NCBI RefSeq assembly: GCF_001194135.2
Contig: NC_068997.1
Location: 19,680,250-19,731,054 of the forward strand
Reading direction: 5' to 3'
DNA: 50,805 nt
From: Octopus bimaculoides
Lineage: Eukaryota
In this document: positions 11,793-24,029 of the stretch, piece by piece
How the letters are laid out: each line of letters starts with the position of its first letter
Position numbering within the stretch: the first letter of the stretch is position 1
Translations under genes and position numbers: made by a program
The notes under the pieces: generated by a model
Told to the model about the DNA's origin: nothing
What the model saw: only the letters and a program-made list of their open reading frames with translations
Databases searched by the model: none

Positions 11793-12323
11793 CAATTCAC
11801 TCTCTTCTTTTCCATCTCGTCTTCTTTCAATTCGTCCCTTTCCTCCTCCTCCTCCTCATCATCATCATCATCCCCTCCTCCTCCTCCATGAGGTCCCTAG
11901 TTGAGCAGGTATATGCATGAAGTGCATTCCTGTCATGACCATCTCTCCGCCACCATTACACATCAACAATTATTATACAACGTATTCATTTTAGTTTTAA
12001 AAATAAATTATTGACTTGTTTAAAAGCATTGTACTTATGTAAAGTAATAATAATGTTTTCTTGATTAAACTTAATTAATTGTCTACATTTGTCCAGTGTG
12101 ATTAATTCAGTTTAATTACACTATGCAAGGTCGGCTAAACAAATTAAAAAAAATAAATGGATTCATTCTAAAAGTGCATCATACTTCATTTATTTTAAAA
12201 TGGAAGGATGAAATTTGAGGGAGATTTAACTGCTATTTCTAGCAGGTCGAGTGATCACATACTATATAGGCTCCCTTCCTTGACTGGCTCTATGTGTGTT
12301 ATCACTTTTCATTTTGCTATTGC

Positions 12324-12355
<32 letters not shown>

Positions 12356-12670
12356 ACATTATTATTGTGGTTGTGAAGAGAAGTAAAGATGATGATGATG
12401 ATGATGACCAGGATACTACTGCTGCTGCTGATGTTGCTGCTGCTGATGATGGTGGTGGTGGTCATGATGGTGTTCAAGTGTTTATGTTGTTAGATGTTAT
12501 CACATACATTGTTTTATTGCTGTTTAATGTAGTCAGCGAGGCACCTTTAACATATTAAACTACCATTATTATCTGTAAGTAATTTAATCAATGTCAGACT
12601 TTAACAGAGAGAGAGAGAGAGAGAGAGACAGAGAACTATATAGTATATATATATATATATATATATACAG

Positions 12671-12710
<40 letters not shown>

Positions 12711-12879
12711 TTACTAGTAAGTAACCAGTAACTATAATACTACTGTTTACATAAGTTATCATTGTCATGTTGCAAAACTACTGAAGGCTATTATAGTCCA
12801 TTAAACACTATCGGAATAGTCTACACTACTATCATTATTTTCAATAGTCGACTTATTGTTGTCGCTGTGGGTGGCGTCG

Positions 12880-13100
12880 ATGTTGTTTTAATTTCTAATT
12901 TTCCTTGCTTGTCTGGGTCAGTCAGGAATCGTTGAGGCAGATTTTTCTGTGACCTGCTGTTCTTTCCGATCAGGTGCTAACACCTCATTTGATTCCAAGC
13001 AAAATTGATGTTTCTCTGCGGTTGGACATTGTTTTCATGGAAGATTGGAAACAAAAGGTGCTGTTTCTATGATGGTGATGCTCGTTTGCGACTATTATGC
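12880..13100 (-). mobile_element. (GAT)n-tailed RTE-like non-autonomous element, family F
   Basis: gaggcagatttttctg...ttccaagcaa...gaagattggaaac... matches 24030-24240, 25435-25715, 29815-29990 and 30440-30625. Confidence 0.7.
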
Positions 13101-13113
13101 GATGTTAAGCCAA

Positions 13114-13165
<52 letters not shown>

Positions 13166-13607
13166 ACATTCTCACATGCAGGCACCCCCCCACACACAGC
13201 ACATACACAAACAAAAACACCAAGCACACACTCATATATACATATGCATACACTGACATGTGATATTAAGACAAGGAGACTCACACACATACACATGCAT
13301 ACACACAAACGCACATAAGCATACTTATTCACTCAGACACATGCACATACACATACTCTCATATGCAGACATACACACACACACACTCACACACACATGC
13401 ACAAACATAACACACACATGCGTGCACACATAACACACACCCCCATATATACATATGCATACACTGAGATGTGATATTAAGGCAAGGAGACTCACACACA
13501 CACACATGCATACACACATACATACACATACACAAACACCAAGCACACACATATACAAATGCATACACTGACATATGCACACTCAATCACTCACATACAC
13601 ACACGTA

Positions 13608-13760
13608 TATAAAGCAGGCCTCTTTCAGTTTACCAGATCCACTCATAAGGCTTTGATCAGCCTTGGGCTACAGAAGTCCTAGCCCTGAGCTGACCAGCTG
13701 TAGTAGACATTTGTCCAAGTTGTCACATAGTGGGACTGAACCCAGAACCATGTGGTTAGG
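13608..13760 (-). mobile_element. SINE family A, 5' half
   Basis: ctttcagtttacc...gggactgaacccagaaccatgtggtt is the reverse complement of the family A head. Confidence 0.8.
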
Positions 13761-14054
13761 AATAAAATTTGTTATAATTTTTTCCTGTCTTCTATCTTTT
13801 CCTTTTTACTTGTTTCTGTCATTAGACTATGGCAGGGGTGGGGACCCCCCCCCCCCCGCAATTGCACTCGCGAGCACATTTTATTGCACCCATAGGCTGA
13901 TATATTTGCATGTACAAAATATAAATTTTTCAATTATAAAATTTATACAATGTTCGTAGGCCTGTTCGTAACATAGGTCGCGTTTCCACTACGACTTAAA
14001 ATGGTTAGACTCGAATGGAAAAATCATCCGGTAATTACCATTTGTAGTGAATGG

Positions 14055-14228
14055 TCTAGTTGATTTCATTGACCCCAGTGGTTGGCTGGTACTTATTTTA
14101 TCGACCCTGAAATGATGAAAGGCAAAGTTGACCTTGGTGGAATTTGAACTCAGAACATAAAGACAGATGAAATGCAGCTGAGCCTTTTGTCCAGCATGCT
14201 AACGATTTTACCAGCTTGCCACCTTAAT
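14055..14228 (-). mobile_element. SINE family B
   Basis: tggtacttattttatcgaccctgaaatgatgaaaggcaaagttgacc...atttgaactcagaac. Confidence 0.85.
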
Positions 14229-14404
14229 GCTGTTGTATATTAACTGTTTCAAATTGTATCACACTCTGCAGCACCTGTTTACAACTCAGTACATTTGTCC
14301 AATTAAGAGTTTGATACAGGTGTACTAAACAGCTGTGATAACAAGATATGAACATGTGACCTCTTGATAGCATACTGGTTATCCAGTATGTTATTAGCGG
14401 GGTC

Positions 14405-14660
14405 ATGGTGGCACATGACTTAATGGTTAGGATATTTTGCTCATGCTGCTAAGGTCATTAGTTCAGTTCCTAGACCAGTTGGCACATGTCCTTGAACAAG
14501 ACATTCTGAGTCATGTTGCTTCAAACTATTTGGCTGTGATGAGAAGCAATTGGGATATTGGTGTAATCCCTCTCCATCAAGCTACTACATCCTGATGTTC
14601 CATTTAGTCTGGGTTGAAGTGCCTGTATGAGTCTCTATGTATACTTGCAATAACTTAGAC
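14405..14660 (+). mobile_element. Degenerate tRNA-derived SINE (family D-like)
   Basis: ggcacatgacttaatggttagg...gttcagttcc...ccttgaacaagac. Confidence 0.55.
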
Positions 14661-15346
14661 GCCTAAAGTGATTAGTGAAAGCATGACACAAATTAACCAA
14701 ACCATGCTCAATTGCAAGCGGTGGGTTGGCTGTACGATCAATTTAGTTATTTGCACTTTTACTGTATAAACAACTCACAGCCCCCCCCCCCCAAAAAAAA
14801 ACAAATATACAGACAAATGCTGAGTAATATAAGTAATATTACAATATACTGTGCTGAGTAACATGATAGACTGTGTTGAGTAATATTATGAGATACACTC
14901 CCTAAATGAGGATTTTTTTAGTCAGGCCTTTTTATTGAAAATCATTTTTTTATTTTTAACAATTGGGATATCTTTTACATTTTTGCAAAGCCCTTCAAAG
15001 TTAAAATACTATGCTACAGCTGTTATTTAATTCCCTTTGTTCTCATCTCAAAATTCATGTCTTCATTGGATATGGTAAAAGTGTTTGTGTCTATAAATTA
15101 ATTGAGACCCATTATAACTGTGGGTGGGAATCATTATTCTTTTACAATAGGATTGCTGTAATCAACACCAGTGTAATGTGAGTCAAGTTTCTTAAATTGG
15201 TCTAGCAGTTGAGTGATAATTCTCTTTACAAAGTTAAGTAGGTGTGTAATTATGTGGTGATGTACATATGTGCATATAAATATGTATGTGTGTGTGTGTG
15301 TGTATGCATCACACAAACACATGTATATACATATGTATGTACATGC

Positions 15347-15390
<44 letters not shown>

Positions 15391-15434
15391 TCATCCACAC
15401 ACTCACGCATACTTGAACATACATACTTTCATAC

Positions 15435-15495
<61 letters not shown>

Positions 15496-15792
15496 TGTGT
15501 ATTTCTTCTATCTTAATGAATAAAAATTCTTCTGATAGAATAAATGGGTTAATAGAAACCAATGTAGCAAAGAACACAAAATAACTGTGGTTTAGTTCCT
15601 GTTTTTAAGGCAGGAACTCCTTGAAATTTTGGGTATTTGAGTATATTTAGATGATTCCCATGCTTTCCCTGATGAGAAGGTTACAATTTTAATATCAAAG
15701 ATCCCTATGGATCACACAGGTTGTAATCCTTTGAAACATATGTAGGAATAAAGTATGCAATTATAACATGCGTTTTCTCCATTCCTTAAATT

Positions 15793-15828
<36 letters not shown>

Positions 15829-15906
15829 TACACATAGGCAACATACACGCACAAATATATATGAAATTAAGTAAATAACAAAGGAACGGTAAATTATACA
15901 ATGAAC

Positions 15907-15999
15907 TTCGTTAGCTTACAGCTGTTTCTACTGTGATATGCACATGCAGTCAGAGCTGAGTGCATGTGCATCACCTTACAATTTCCTTGGAGCTTCGAA
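15907..15999 (-). ncRNA. Degenerate type-I hammerhead-ribozyme-like motif
   Basis: Stem I ttcg-a-agct / agct-aa-cgaa; core CCAAGGA (canonical CUGANGA); long stem II; GAAA; palindromic ACAGCUGU stem III; GUA site. Confidence 0.55.
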
Positions 16000-16105
16000 A
16001 ATGAAGTGCAAGCTATCTATCTCACTGGCTCATCTTACTCTGTATAGACTGTTAGGGCTTCATTATTTCAAGTCCCATAATGAATAAAAACCAAATTTGA
16101 GTATT

Positions 16106-16120
16106 GCGGGATTCGAACCC
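16106..16120 (-). promoter_or_regulatory. RNA Pol III B-box in a tRNA-like head
   Basis: Minus strand reads GGGTTCGAATCCCGC; gtagagca (D-arm-like) lies about 30 nt upstream. Confidence 0.6.
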
Positions 16121-16472
16121 AAGCACAAAGGAGGATTAAATCAAATAATATGCTCTACATAGCATAACATAGCCTAATATCTTGGCTGTCTTCATTTCCA
16201 GCAGTGAAGACCAATCTAATTCTTTATATTTCTCTCTCTTCTCGATCCCTGGATAGAAAAGTAGCTGAAAAGACTTGGATCTCTGAAGTATTTTGCTAAT
16301 GTCCTGATTAATCTGTTCAGGCAGATGATCAGTGCTAGCAGATTAGGGCTAGACCTTGTTAAAGCCTTTGACAAGATAATAAATGCCTATAAGTTGATAA
16401 TAGCTTCTGCAATTGTGAAAAAAATATCTATTCATTGTGTCAAATGCAGATAAGAATAACACAGTAATTAGA

Positions 16473-16511
<39 letters not shown>

Positions 16512-16637
16512 GATATATGTGAATCTAAATATACATATGTGTACAAATGTGTATGTATAAATGTATATGTGTATATGAAAATGTATGTAATGGAAGTATG
16601 TGTGTGTATACACACACACATATATGTACATCTCAGT

Positions 16638-16698
<61 letters not shown>

Positions 16699-16713
16699 TT
16701 ATTTATGTATGTA

Positions 16714-16749
<36 letters not shown>

Positions 16750-17147
16750 GATAGATAGATAGATAGATAGATACCTACACACGCACACACACATGCATAC
16801 AGGCACATATTTATTTGTATTTATTTATCAATTAGTTAATGAAGCAAGAGCAGAGGCTGTGTGAACTGGTGAGATCAATGTGATTGATGTTCAAGAAGGA
16901 CAGGAGGAAAATGATGGTGGTTGCAAGATGTAATCACAGAGAATTGGTACTCTGGTTTAGTATTTAGTGTATTACTGGAGACTGTGACACATATAGAAGA
17001 TGTAGAAAGGAGAAATGGCAACATCAGGTGGGGGTCAGGTAGATGTTGTAGGCAGCAAGCTAATCTTGAGTAGCCCAAGCTGTAGCCTAGGCAAGCATAC
17101 CAATGATCAAAGACATTCCAGCCATGACCTTTTCAACTTTGTTTTTA

Positions 17148-17391
17148 CAGATATCTTTTCTTTTGTCAGTTGTCTTTCACCTGTTTCAGTCACTAGACTG
17201 TGGCCATGCTGGGGCACTACCTTAAAAGGTTTTTAGTCAAATGAATCAACCCCATTACTTATTGTTTGTTAAGCCTGGTACTTATTCTTTCAGTCTCTTT
17301 GCTGAACCTCTAAGTTATGGGGATGTTAACACACCAGCACTGGTTGTCAAGCGGTGGTGAGGGCTAAACACAGACACAAAGACACAATCCT

Positions 17392-17438
<47 letters not shown>

Positions 17439-17453
17439 TATATACATATATAT

Positions 17454-17523
<70 letters not shown>

Positions 17524-17662
17524 CTATACATATATATGACAGGCTTCTTTCAGTTTCCATCTATGAATCAACTCACAAGGCTTTGGTCAGCCTGAGGCTA
17601 TAGAAGACACTTACAGGTGCCATGCAGTGGGACTGAACCTGGAACCATGTGGTTGGGAAGCA
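17148..17662 (-). mobile_element. SINE family A, full length with expanded internal (TA)/(CA) tract
   Basis: Both 3' end (tttcagtcactagactgtggccatgctgg) and head (gggactgaacctggaaccatgtggttggg) are present. Confidence 0.85.
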
Positions 17663-17666
17663 TATT

Positions 17667-17772
17667 CAAAATATAGTTCAAGACCAAATTGCTTACTTTT
17701 AATATAACTTTGGGTATTTAATGCAAAAATTCTAATTTTCAGACCTATTTTTCAAACTTTTGGCCATGATTG
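17667..17772. mobile_element. Partial Tc1-type MITE (one end)
   Basis: caaacttttggccatgattg|TA end; internal agaccaaattgcttactt shared with 18166-18198. Confidence 0.75.
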
Positions 17773-18016
17773 TATATGTACAAATGTGTATATGTATATA
17801 ATCCAAAAATGAAAGATATAGTTTAAATTTATATAAAACAAAGGATGAAGACAGGTGAAAGAACAACAAGCAGATGTATTGGTCTTCAATAAAAAGGAAT
17901 GAGAAGAAAAAAAGTGAATAGAATGAAAAAAAAAATGGTGTGAGAAGAAAAATGTGTAGGTATTAACAGTTCAATATGATGATATATATGTACTTTCATT
18001 AAATATGTACTCTACA

Positions 18017-18260
18017 CAGTTGTGGCCAAAAGTTTGGAATATTGTTTTTTAAAATAAAATTGTTATGCCCAAATACAATTTGATTCAAATATATACAGCA
18101 TAGAGATATACTTACCTTATAACTGATCTAATGTTTCAATATCGAGAAGAAAAATTAGGCAAAATCAAAAATATAATTCTAGACCAAATTGCTTACTTAA
18201 TAGATAGAAGCTAGTACATCACCTATGTGAAAATATGTTCCAAACTTTTGGCCACGACTG
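18017..18260. mobile_element. Tc1-type MITE, 244 bp, both TIRs present
   Basis: 23-bp TIRs cagttgtggccaaaagtttggaa / ttccaaacttttggccacgactg (1 mismatch). TA at right, CA at left. Confidence 0.9.
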
Positions 18261-18479
18261 TAGTACTCAAATGTGGGTCAAATTTGTAATTTGAGGGGCA
18301 GTGGAGGTTGGGGAGGGCGAAGCAGATCACAAACTCAGCAGGACTGGATTATTTTCTGGCTCTGGAAAGGAAATCAATCTTTGAGATTTACTTTCAGAAA
18401 TCTTATATTTTATTCATAAGGAGGATATGTTTGTGTTTGTTTGTTTGTTTGTGTGTGTGTGAACTGTTGGAGTTCGGAA

Positions 18480-18592
18480 AGTGTAGGACAAAATGCAGTG
18501 TAGTATCTGTTTTGGCTGTTTGTGTCTTGAGTTCAAATCCTGCTGAGGTTATCTCTGCTTTTTTATCTTTTTGGGTGGCCAATAAAATAAAG
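18480..18592 (+). mobile_element. SINE family B fragment
   Basis: gagttcaaatcctgctgaggtt...ttttatctttttggg...aataaaataaag. Confidence 0.65.
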
Positions 18593-18779
18593 TAATATTC
18601 TAAGGCAGTGAACTCATTAAACTAGTTCAGACAAGAGCCCTATGCAAAAAATAATAAATGTGTGAGAGTGTGGAGGTATATAAAAAGAATATCAGCTTTG
18701 TTAAGGTCACAGACCTTGACAAAAGAACTAAAAAAATTAAACAAATCAATTAATCACAAAAATCTGTCAGCTCAGCCTC

Positions 18780-18832
<53 letters not shown>

Positions 18833-19490
18833 CAAGGCAACTGATGGTTTCATGGAGAGTACCAGAATTCCAATGTGGTTTGTTTAAAAAATTGTGAAGA
18901 TTTTAACCAATGGGATTACCAACAATTATGCTTGTTCGGGTAAATGACCATTACATCATATTGCCACCTTTTATGACTTACTACAACAGAAACAGTTGTA
19001 AGCTAATGAAGTCCATAAGATAATCATATATTCTTTTGTCATCTCTTTTCTCTTATCACTGCTCTATGCTTGACTGGTGCTTCATTCAGAAGCACATGTA
19101 TATTGAGTTCTACACTAGATTATTAATACTGCAGTGCCTAAGTGAAATATGCATATATACATACATACATGCATATACAGGCATGCATGCATATATATAC
19201 ATACATGCACACACACTTACACACACATGCGCGTGCACACACACACACACACACATGTATATAGTATACATATCATATACATGCTTAGAGACAAGTAGAA
19301 AAATATCTATGCAAAAAAGCATTTAAGTGGCTACTAAGTTATCAAGTATGAATGTGCATTGTTTCTGTGTGTAGGTGTATATGTGTATGTGTGTGTAGGT
19401 GTATATGTGTATGTGTGTAACTACACGTAGACTATTGGTGATTTTTTTTCCCCTCCTTCTTCCTTTTCTTTTGGACTTTCCTATGTCTTC

Positions 19491-19527
19491 TGTTTCCGAA
19501 GAAGAGCTTTGCTCAAAATGTAAAACA
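19491..19527 (+). ncRNA. Degenerate minimal hammerhead-like motif of Penelope pLTR type
   Basis: tgttt CCGAAGA a GAGC ttt GCTC aaaa tgt a aaaca: stems I and II pair, while the core departs from CUGANGA/GAAA. Confidence 0.6.
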
Positions 19528-20085
19528 ACCACTCTTTCTTTCCTTCTCTGAGCGTCTTATCAATACTTTGCACGTACCATGCCCTTGTGTTGTTGTTTTT
19601 TCTTTGTTTTTTTTTTATTAACTATATANNNNNNNNNNNNNNNNNNNNNNNNNNNNNNNNNNNNNNNNNNNNNNNNNNNNNNNNNNNNNNNNNNNNNNNN
19701 NNNNNNNNNNNNNNNNNNNNNNNNNNNNNNNNNNNNNNNNNNNNNNNNNNNNNNNNNNNNNNNNNNNNNNNNNNNNNNNNNNNNNNNNNNNNNNNNNNNN
19801 NNNNNNNNNNNNNNNNNNNNNNNNNNNNNNNNNNNNNNNNNNNNNNNNNNNNNNNNNNNNNNNNNNNNNNNNNNNNNNNNNNNNNNNNNNNNNNNNNNNN
19901 NNNNNNNNNNNNNNNNNNNNNNNNNNNNNNNNNNNNNNNNNNNNNNNNNNNNNNNNNNNNNNNNNNNNNNNNNNNNNNNNNNNNNNNNNNNNNNNNNNNN
20001 NNNNNNNNNNNNNNNNNNNNNNNNNNNNNNNNNNNNNNNNNNNNNNNNNNNNNNNNNNNNNNNNNNNNNNNNNNNNNNNNNNNNN

Positions 20086-20257
20086 TATATGTATGTATGT
20101 ATATATATATATGTATGTATGTATATATATATATGTATGTATGTATATATATATATGTATGTATGTATATATATGTATGTATGTATATATATATATGTAT
20201 GTATGTATATATATATATGTATGTATGTATGTATATATATATATATATGTATGTATG

Positions 20258-20322
<65 letters not shown>

Positions 20323-20352
20323 GTATATATATATATATGTATGTATGTATGT
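20086..20352. repeat. Variable-unit (TA)n(TGTA)n minisatellite
   Basis: Directly visible, next to a gap. Confidence 0.95.
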
Positions 20353-20507
20353 ATGATGGGTTTCCATCCACCAAATTCACTCACAAGGCATTGACTAGCC
20401 TAAGGTTATTGTAGAAGACACTTGTTCAAGGTGCTATGCAGTGGGGCTGAACCCAAAGCCACATTACCACATAGTTACAAAACGTGCCTCTTATCCACAC
20501 AGTCATT
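20353..20507 (-). mobile_element. SINE family A head
   Basis: atgatgggtttcc...ctcacaaggc...gtggggctgaaccc. Confidence 0.75.
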
Positions 20508-20539
20508 AAAAAAACGTTTCGCTATCTATTTTCACTTGG

Positions 20540-21007
20540 TAAAAATCCATTAAATATCAGACCTAAACGAAACATGTCTGACTATCTTCAAACACAAAGG
20601 TGTCAAAAGTTTAAATGCTCATTTACTGTTCTTATGCAAATGTGTGAATGACTACATTCTCTCATCTGAAGAGCTTTTGAAATATCTTCTGGATTTAGTT
20701 CATGCACTTCTTCTATTTTTAACAAATGGTTACTTAAGTGAGATTTAGAGTTAACATTGAAAGTTCTCTTGTTTATTGACAATTGTATGGAATACAGAAA
20801 TAATTTGTCATTAAAGGACATCAAAGTAATATTTTTGTCTTCAAGCACAACCATGGCATTATATGAGCTTTAAAGGCTTATTATTGAAGATAAATTTGTA
20901 CAAGAATTTTAATCAAATACAATGATATTCAAAGCCAATCTGGCATAAATGCAAATGTTAGTAGTGTCATGTATGCAAGTCTCAAAAAGGACTATTCAAA
21001 ATTGTTT

Positions 21008-21010
<3 letters not shown>
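20540..21010 (+). pseudogene. Degenerate pogo/Tigger (DDE_1-type) transposase fragment
   Basis: KVLLFIDNCMEYRNNLSLKDIKVIFLSSSTT (20760 onward) and MQVSKRTIQNCFKK resemble Tigger KILLFxDNC...IKVVFLPPNTT and W..V...TI.NCFKK. Multiple stops. Confidence 0.75.
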
Positions 21011-21038
<28 letters not shown>

Positions 21039-21547
21039 GAAAGAAAGAGAAGAAAAGATGTGTTTTCCAAAACAAGCACAGAAACTACTGCTAACAAAGG
21101 ATTAGAGCTTATTAGAAATGAAATTCTTGATAGAACCACAAATGATACAAGAAAACAAGAGTGTGAAAATTGGTAGGCTATTGAAGTGGAAGCTTTGATG
21201 ACAATGTTGGAAATATGTTGAGGAGAATGAACCAAAATTCCAGAAGAAAAATTCCAGAATATTCTACATCCAGTGTTCAGACATGAGAAGTTCTAAAAAT
21301 ACTTCATGACGTATGATATCGACCTGTAGAATTCCAAACACTCCAAAAGCAATATGAGTGACTTATGAATGAATTAAGAAATGTTACCACTAAGCTTTTT
21401 ACTCAGGAGACTGCTCCTAGTTCTGTGCTACAAATGATCTAAATTAAGACCGTCTCTTGAAATTTTGTGTTAATTTTTATGTTCTAAACACTAAGCTCAA
21501 TAACGACAACATTAATTTATTAATTCTTCCTTATTTTCAAAACTTGT

Positions 21548-21683
21548 AAGGTGGCTGGCATTAGGAAGGGCATCCGGCTGTAAAACCCATGCTAAATCAG
21601 ACAGTAAAGTTTGGTGCAGTCCTCAGGCTTACCAGCTCATGTTAAACCATCCCACTCATGCCACCATTGAAAATGGATGTTAA

Positions 21684-21712
<29 letters not shown>
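21548..21712 (+). mobile_element. (GAT)n-tailed RTE-like element 3' end, family E
   Basis: ggcattaggaagggcatccggctgtaaaac...gaaaatggatgttaaatgatgatgat. Confidence 0.8.
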
Positions 21713-21716
<4 letters not shown>

Positions 21717-21930
21717 GGAACAAAGACAATGTATCTAAACATAAAGTTGTTAAAAAAATGGGTTAAATATATAACATTTAATTCAAGTTCTAATTAATCA
21801 AATAAATAATTATTTCAAGCTAAGTGGTACCCCAGCATGACCAGTGACTTAAATATAAGAGTAAAATAACAAGGAGAGAAAAAAACATTTGTAATTTAAT
21901 GTCTGCCCCTGCCTCTAACTTTTTTCTCAT

Positions 21931-21964
<34 letters not shown>

Positions 21965-22209
21965 ATAGTCTTCAGACTTTTAAGTTTTCGATAACAGAAA
22001 TTCAGAATTTGTAAATACAAAACCAAGCACTTCTTAATATGTTAAAACGGACTCCAAAGAGGCTGGTATTAGTCTGCATCAGTGAGACTTATTTAATTTA
22101 GTAAATTGGTAAAAAGTGAATGTGCCATGAGGAATGGAAAAATCTAATGTTTTGGAGAGAGTTCTACAGGGAAAAGTTGAAAGAAGAGAAATTAATGAGA
22201 GACAGCAGC

Positions 22210-22746
22210 CAGTGGTTCTTAAAAGGGGTCCGTATAAGATTTTGTTGTGAAAAATTTATGTGTTAAATTGCTTATACTTCTAGAATTCTTTTACTTGTGT
22301 CAGTCATTTGACTGCAGTCATGCTGGAGCACCACCTTAAAGGGTTTTAGTCAAAGAAATCAACCAAAGACTTATTCTTTGTGAGCCTAGTACTTATTCTA
22401 TTGATATCATTTGCTGAACTGCTGAGTTGCAACAAGGATGTAAACACACCAACATCGGTTGTCAAGCGATGGTGAGGAGACAAACATAGACACACACACA
22501 CACATATATACACACACACACACAGGGTTTCATAAAAACTGAAGGACTGCTGCAATAAGTGTGTGAATCTGAGAGGGGAATATGTTGAATAAAATCATAA
22601 TTTATTGATCCTGCTGTATTTCCTTTGACTCCAAAGCCAGGAACTTTTCAGCCCTGTCCCTTTGTGTAGTGAATAGCTATTAGGGTCCACCTGAGTAAAA
22701 TAGGAATCAAAGGGATCCATAAGCTAAAAATGGTTGAGAACCACAA
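22210..22746. mobile_element. hAT-type MITE (same family as 4818-5073, inverted) interrupted by a SINE
   Basis: Ends cagtggttctt / gttgagaaccac. 22225-22285 and 22700-22745 match the reverse complement of the 4818 copy. Confidence 0.75.
22286..22525 (-). mobile_element. SINE family A, 5'-truncated, nested in the MITE
   Basis: ttttacttgtgtcagtcatttgactgcagtcatgctggagcacc...gttgtcaagcgatggtgagg. Confidence 0.85.
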
Positions 22747-24029
22747 CTCTAAATTAAAAACTGCTAGTTGCCATTAATTTCTGTGTTTTCAACTCTTTGT
22801 AGAAGGACTCTCTCTGAAATGTTGGANNNNNNNNNNNNNNNNNNNNNNNNNNNNNNNNNNNNNNNNNNNNNNNNNNNNNNNNNNNNNNNNNNNNNNNNNN
22901 NNNNNNNNNNNNNNNNNNNNNNNNNNNNNNNNNNNNNNNNNNNNNNNNNNNNNNNNNNNNNNNNNNNNNNNNNNNNNNNNNNNNNNNNNNNNNNNNNNNN
23001 NNNNNNNNNNNNNNNNNNNNNNNNNNNNNNNNNNNNNNNNNNNNNNNNNNNNNNNNNNNNNNNNNNNNNNNNNNNNNNNNNNNNNNNNNNNNNNNNNNNN
23101 NNNNNNNNNNNNNNNNNNNNNNNNNNNNNNNNNNNNNNNNNNNNNNNNNNNNNNNNNNNNNNNNNNNNNNNNNNNNNNNNNNNNNNNNNNNNNNNNNNNN
23201 NNNNNNNNNNNNNNNNNNNNNNNNNNNNNNNNNNNNNNNNNNNNNNNNNNNNNNNNNNNNNNNNNNNNNNNNNNNNNNNNNNNNNNNNNNNNNNNNNNNN
23301 NNNNNNNNNNNNNNNNNNNNNNNNNNNNNNNNNNNNNNNNNNNNNNNNNNNNNNNNNNNNNNNNNNNNNNNNNNNNNNNNNNNNNNNNNNNNNNNNNNNN
23401 NNNNNNNNNNNNNNNNNNNNNNNNNNNNNNNNNNNNNNNNNNNNNNNNNNNNNNNNNNNNNNNNNNNNNNNNNNNNNNNNNNNNNNNNNNNNNNNNNNNN
23501 NNNNNNNNNNNNNNNNNNNNNNNNNNNNNNNNNGTTTTTGCAAGTTCTTAATCTTTGATGTTCAAAATATATCCACAGATTGATTTTTAATTTAAAGAGG
23601 CAAAAAAAAAAAAAAAATGTAGCATAATGTAAAAATGCAGAGAGATAGGTAAGAGGTCGTGGTTAAAAGACAAAATCATCCTTAAACGAATAAGTACTAT
23701 TAATTTTTTTACAATTTTTTGGTATTTAACAAAAAGCCAAAACAACTTACAATAAAATTATAAAAAATAGCTTTATTAAATTGTTTTTAAAAAAATTAAT
23801 TTTTAGTCCAATTAAAGAAGGAAAAGAGAAAGGAAAACATGGTTTAAACTTAATTAGTTGAAAAACAAAGAAATATATAAATATACATAGCTGTGATCAG
23901 TAAAGGGAGGATCTAACAACATTGTGAATGCTTCTAGAAACTTGTTCGTCAATGTTGTTGTCATCGTCATCATCACCATCATCATCATCGTCATTCTCAT
24001 CTTCATGACCATCGTTATCATCACCATCA

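Noticed and set aside
13833-13965. Possible hAT end caggggtgggga with a putative other end near 13962
   Set aside because: The inverted match is only 8/13 and there is no TSD.
20665-20695. ctgaagagcttttgaaatatc as a hammerhead
   Set aside because: No stem I or II pairing, and it lies inside the Tigger remnant.
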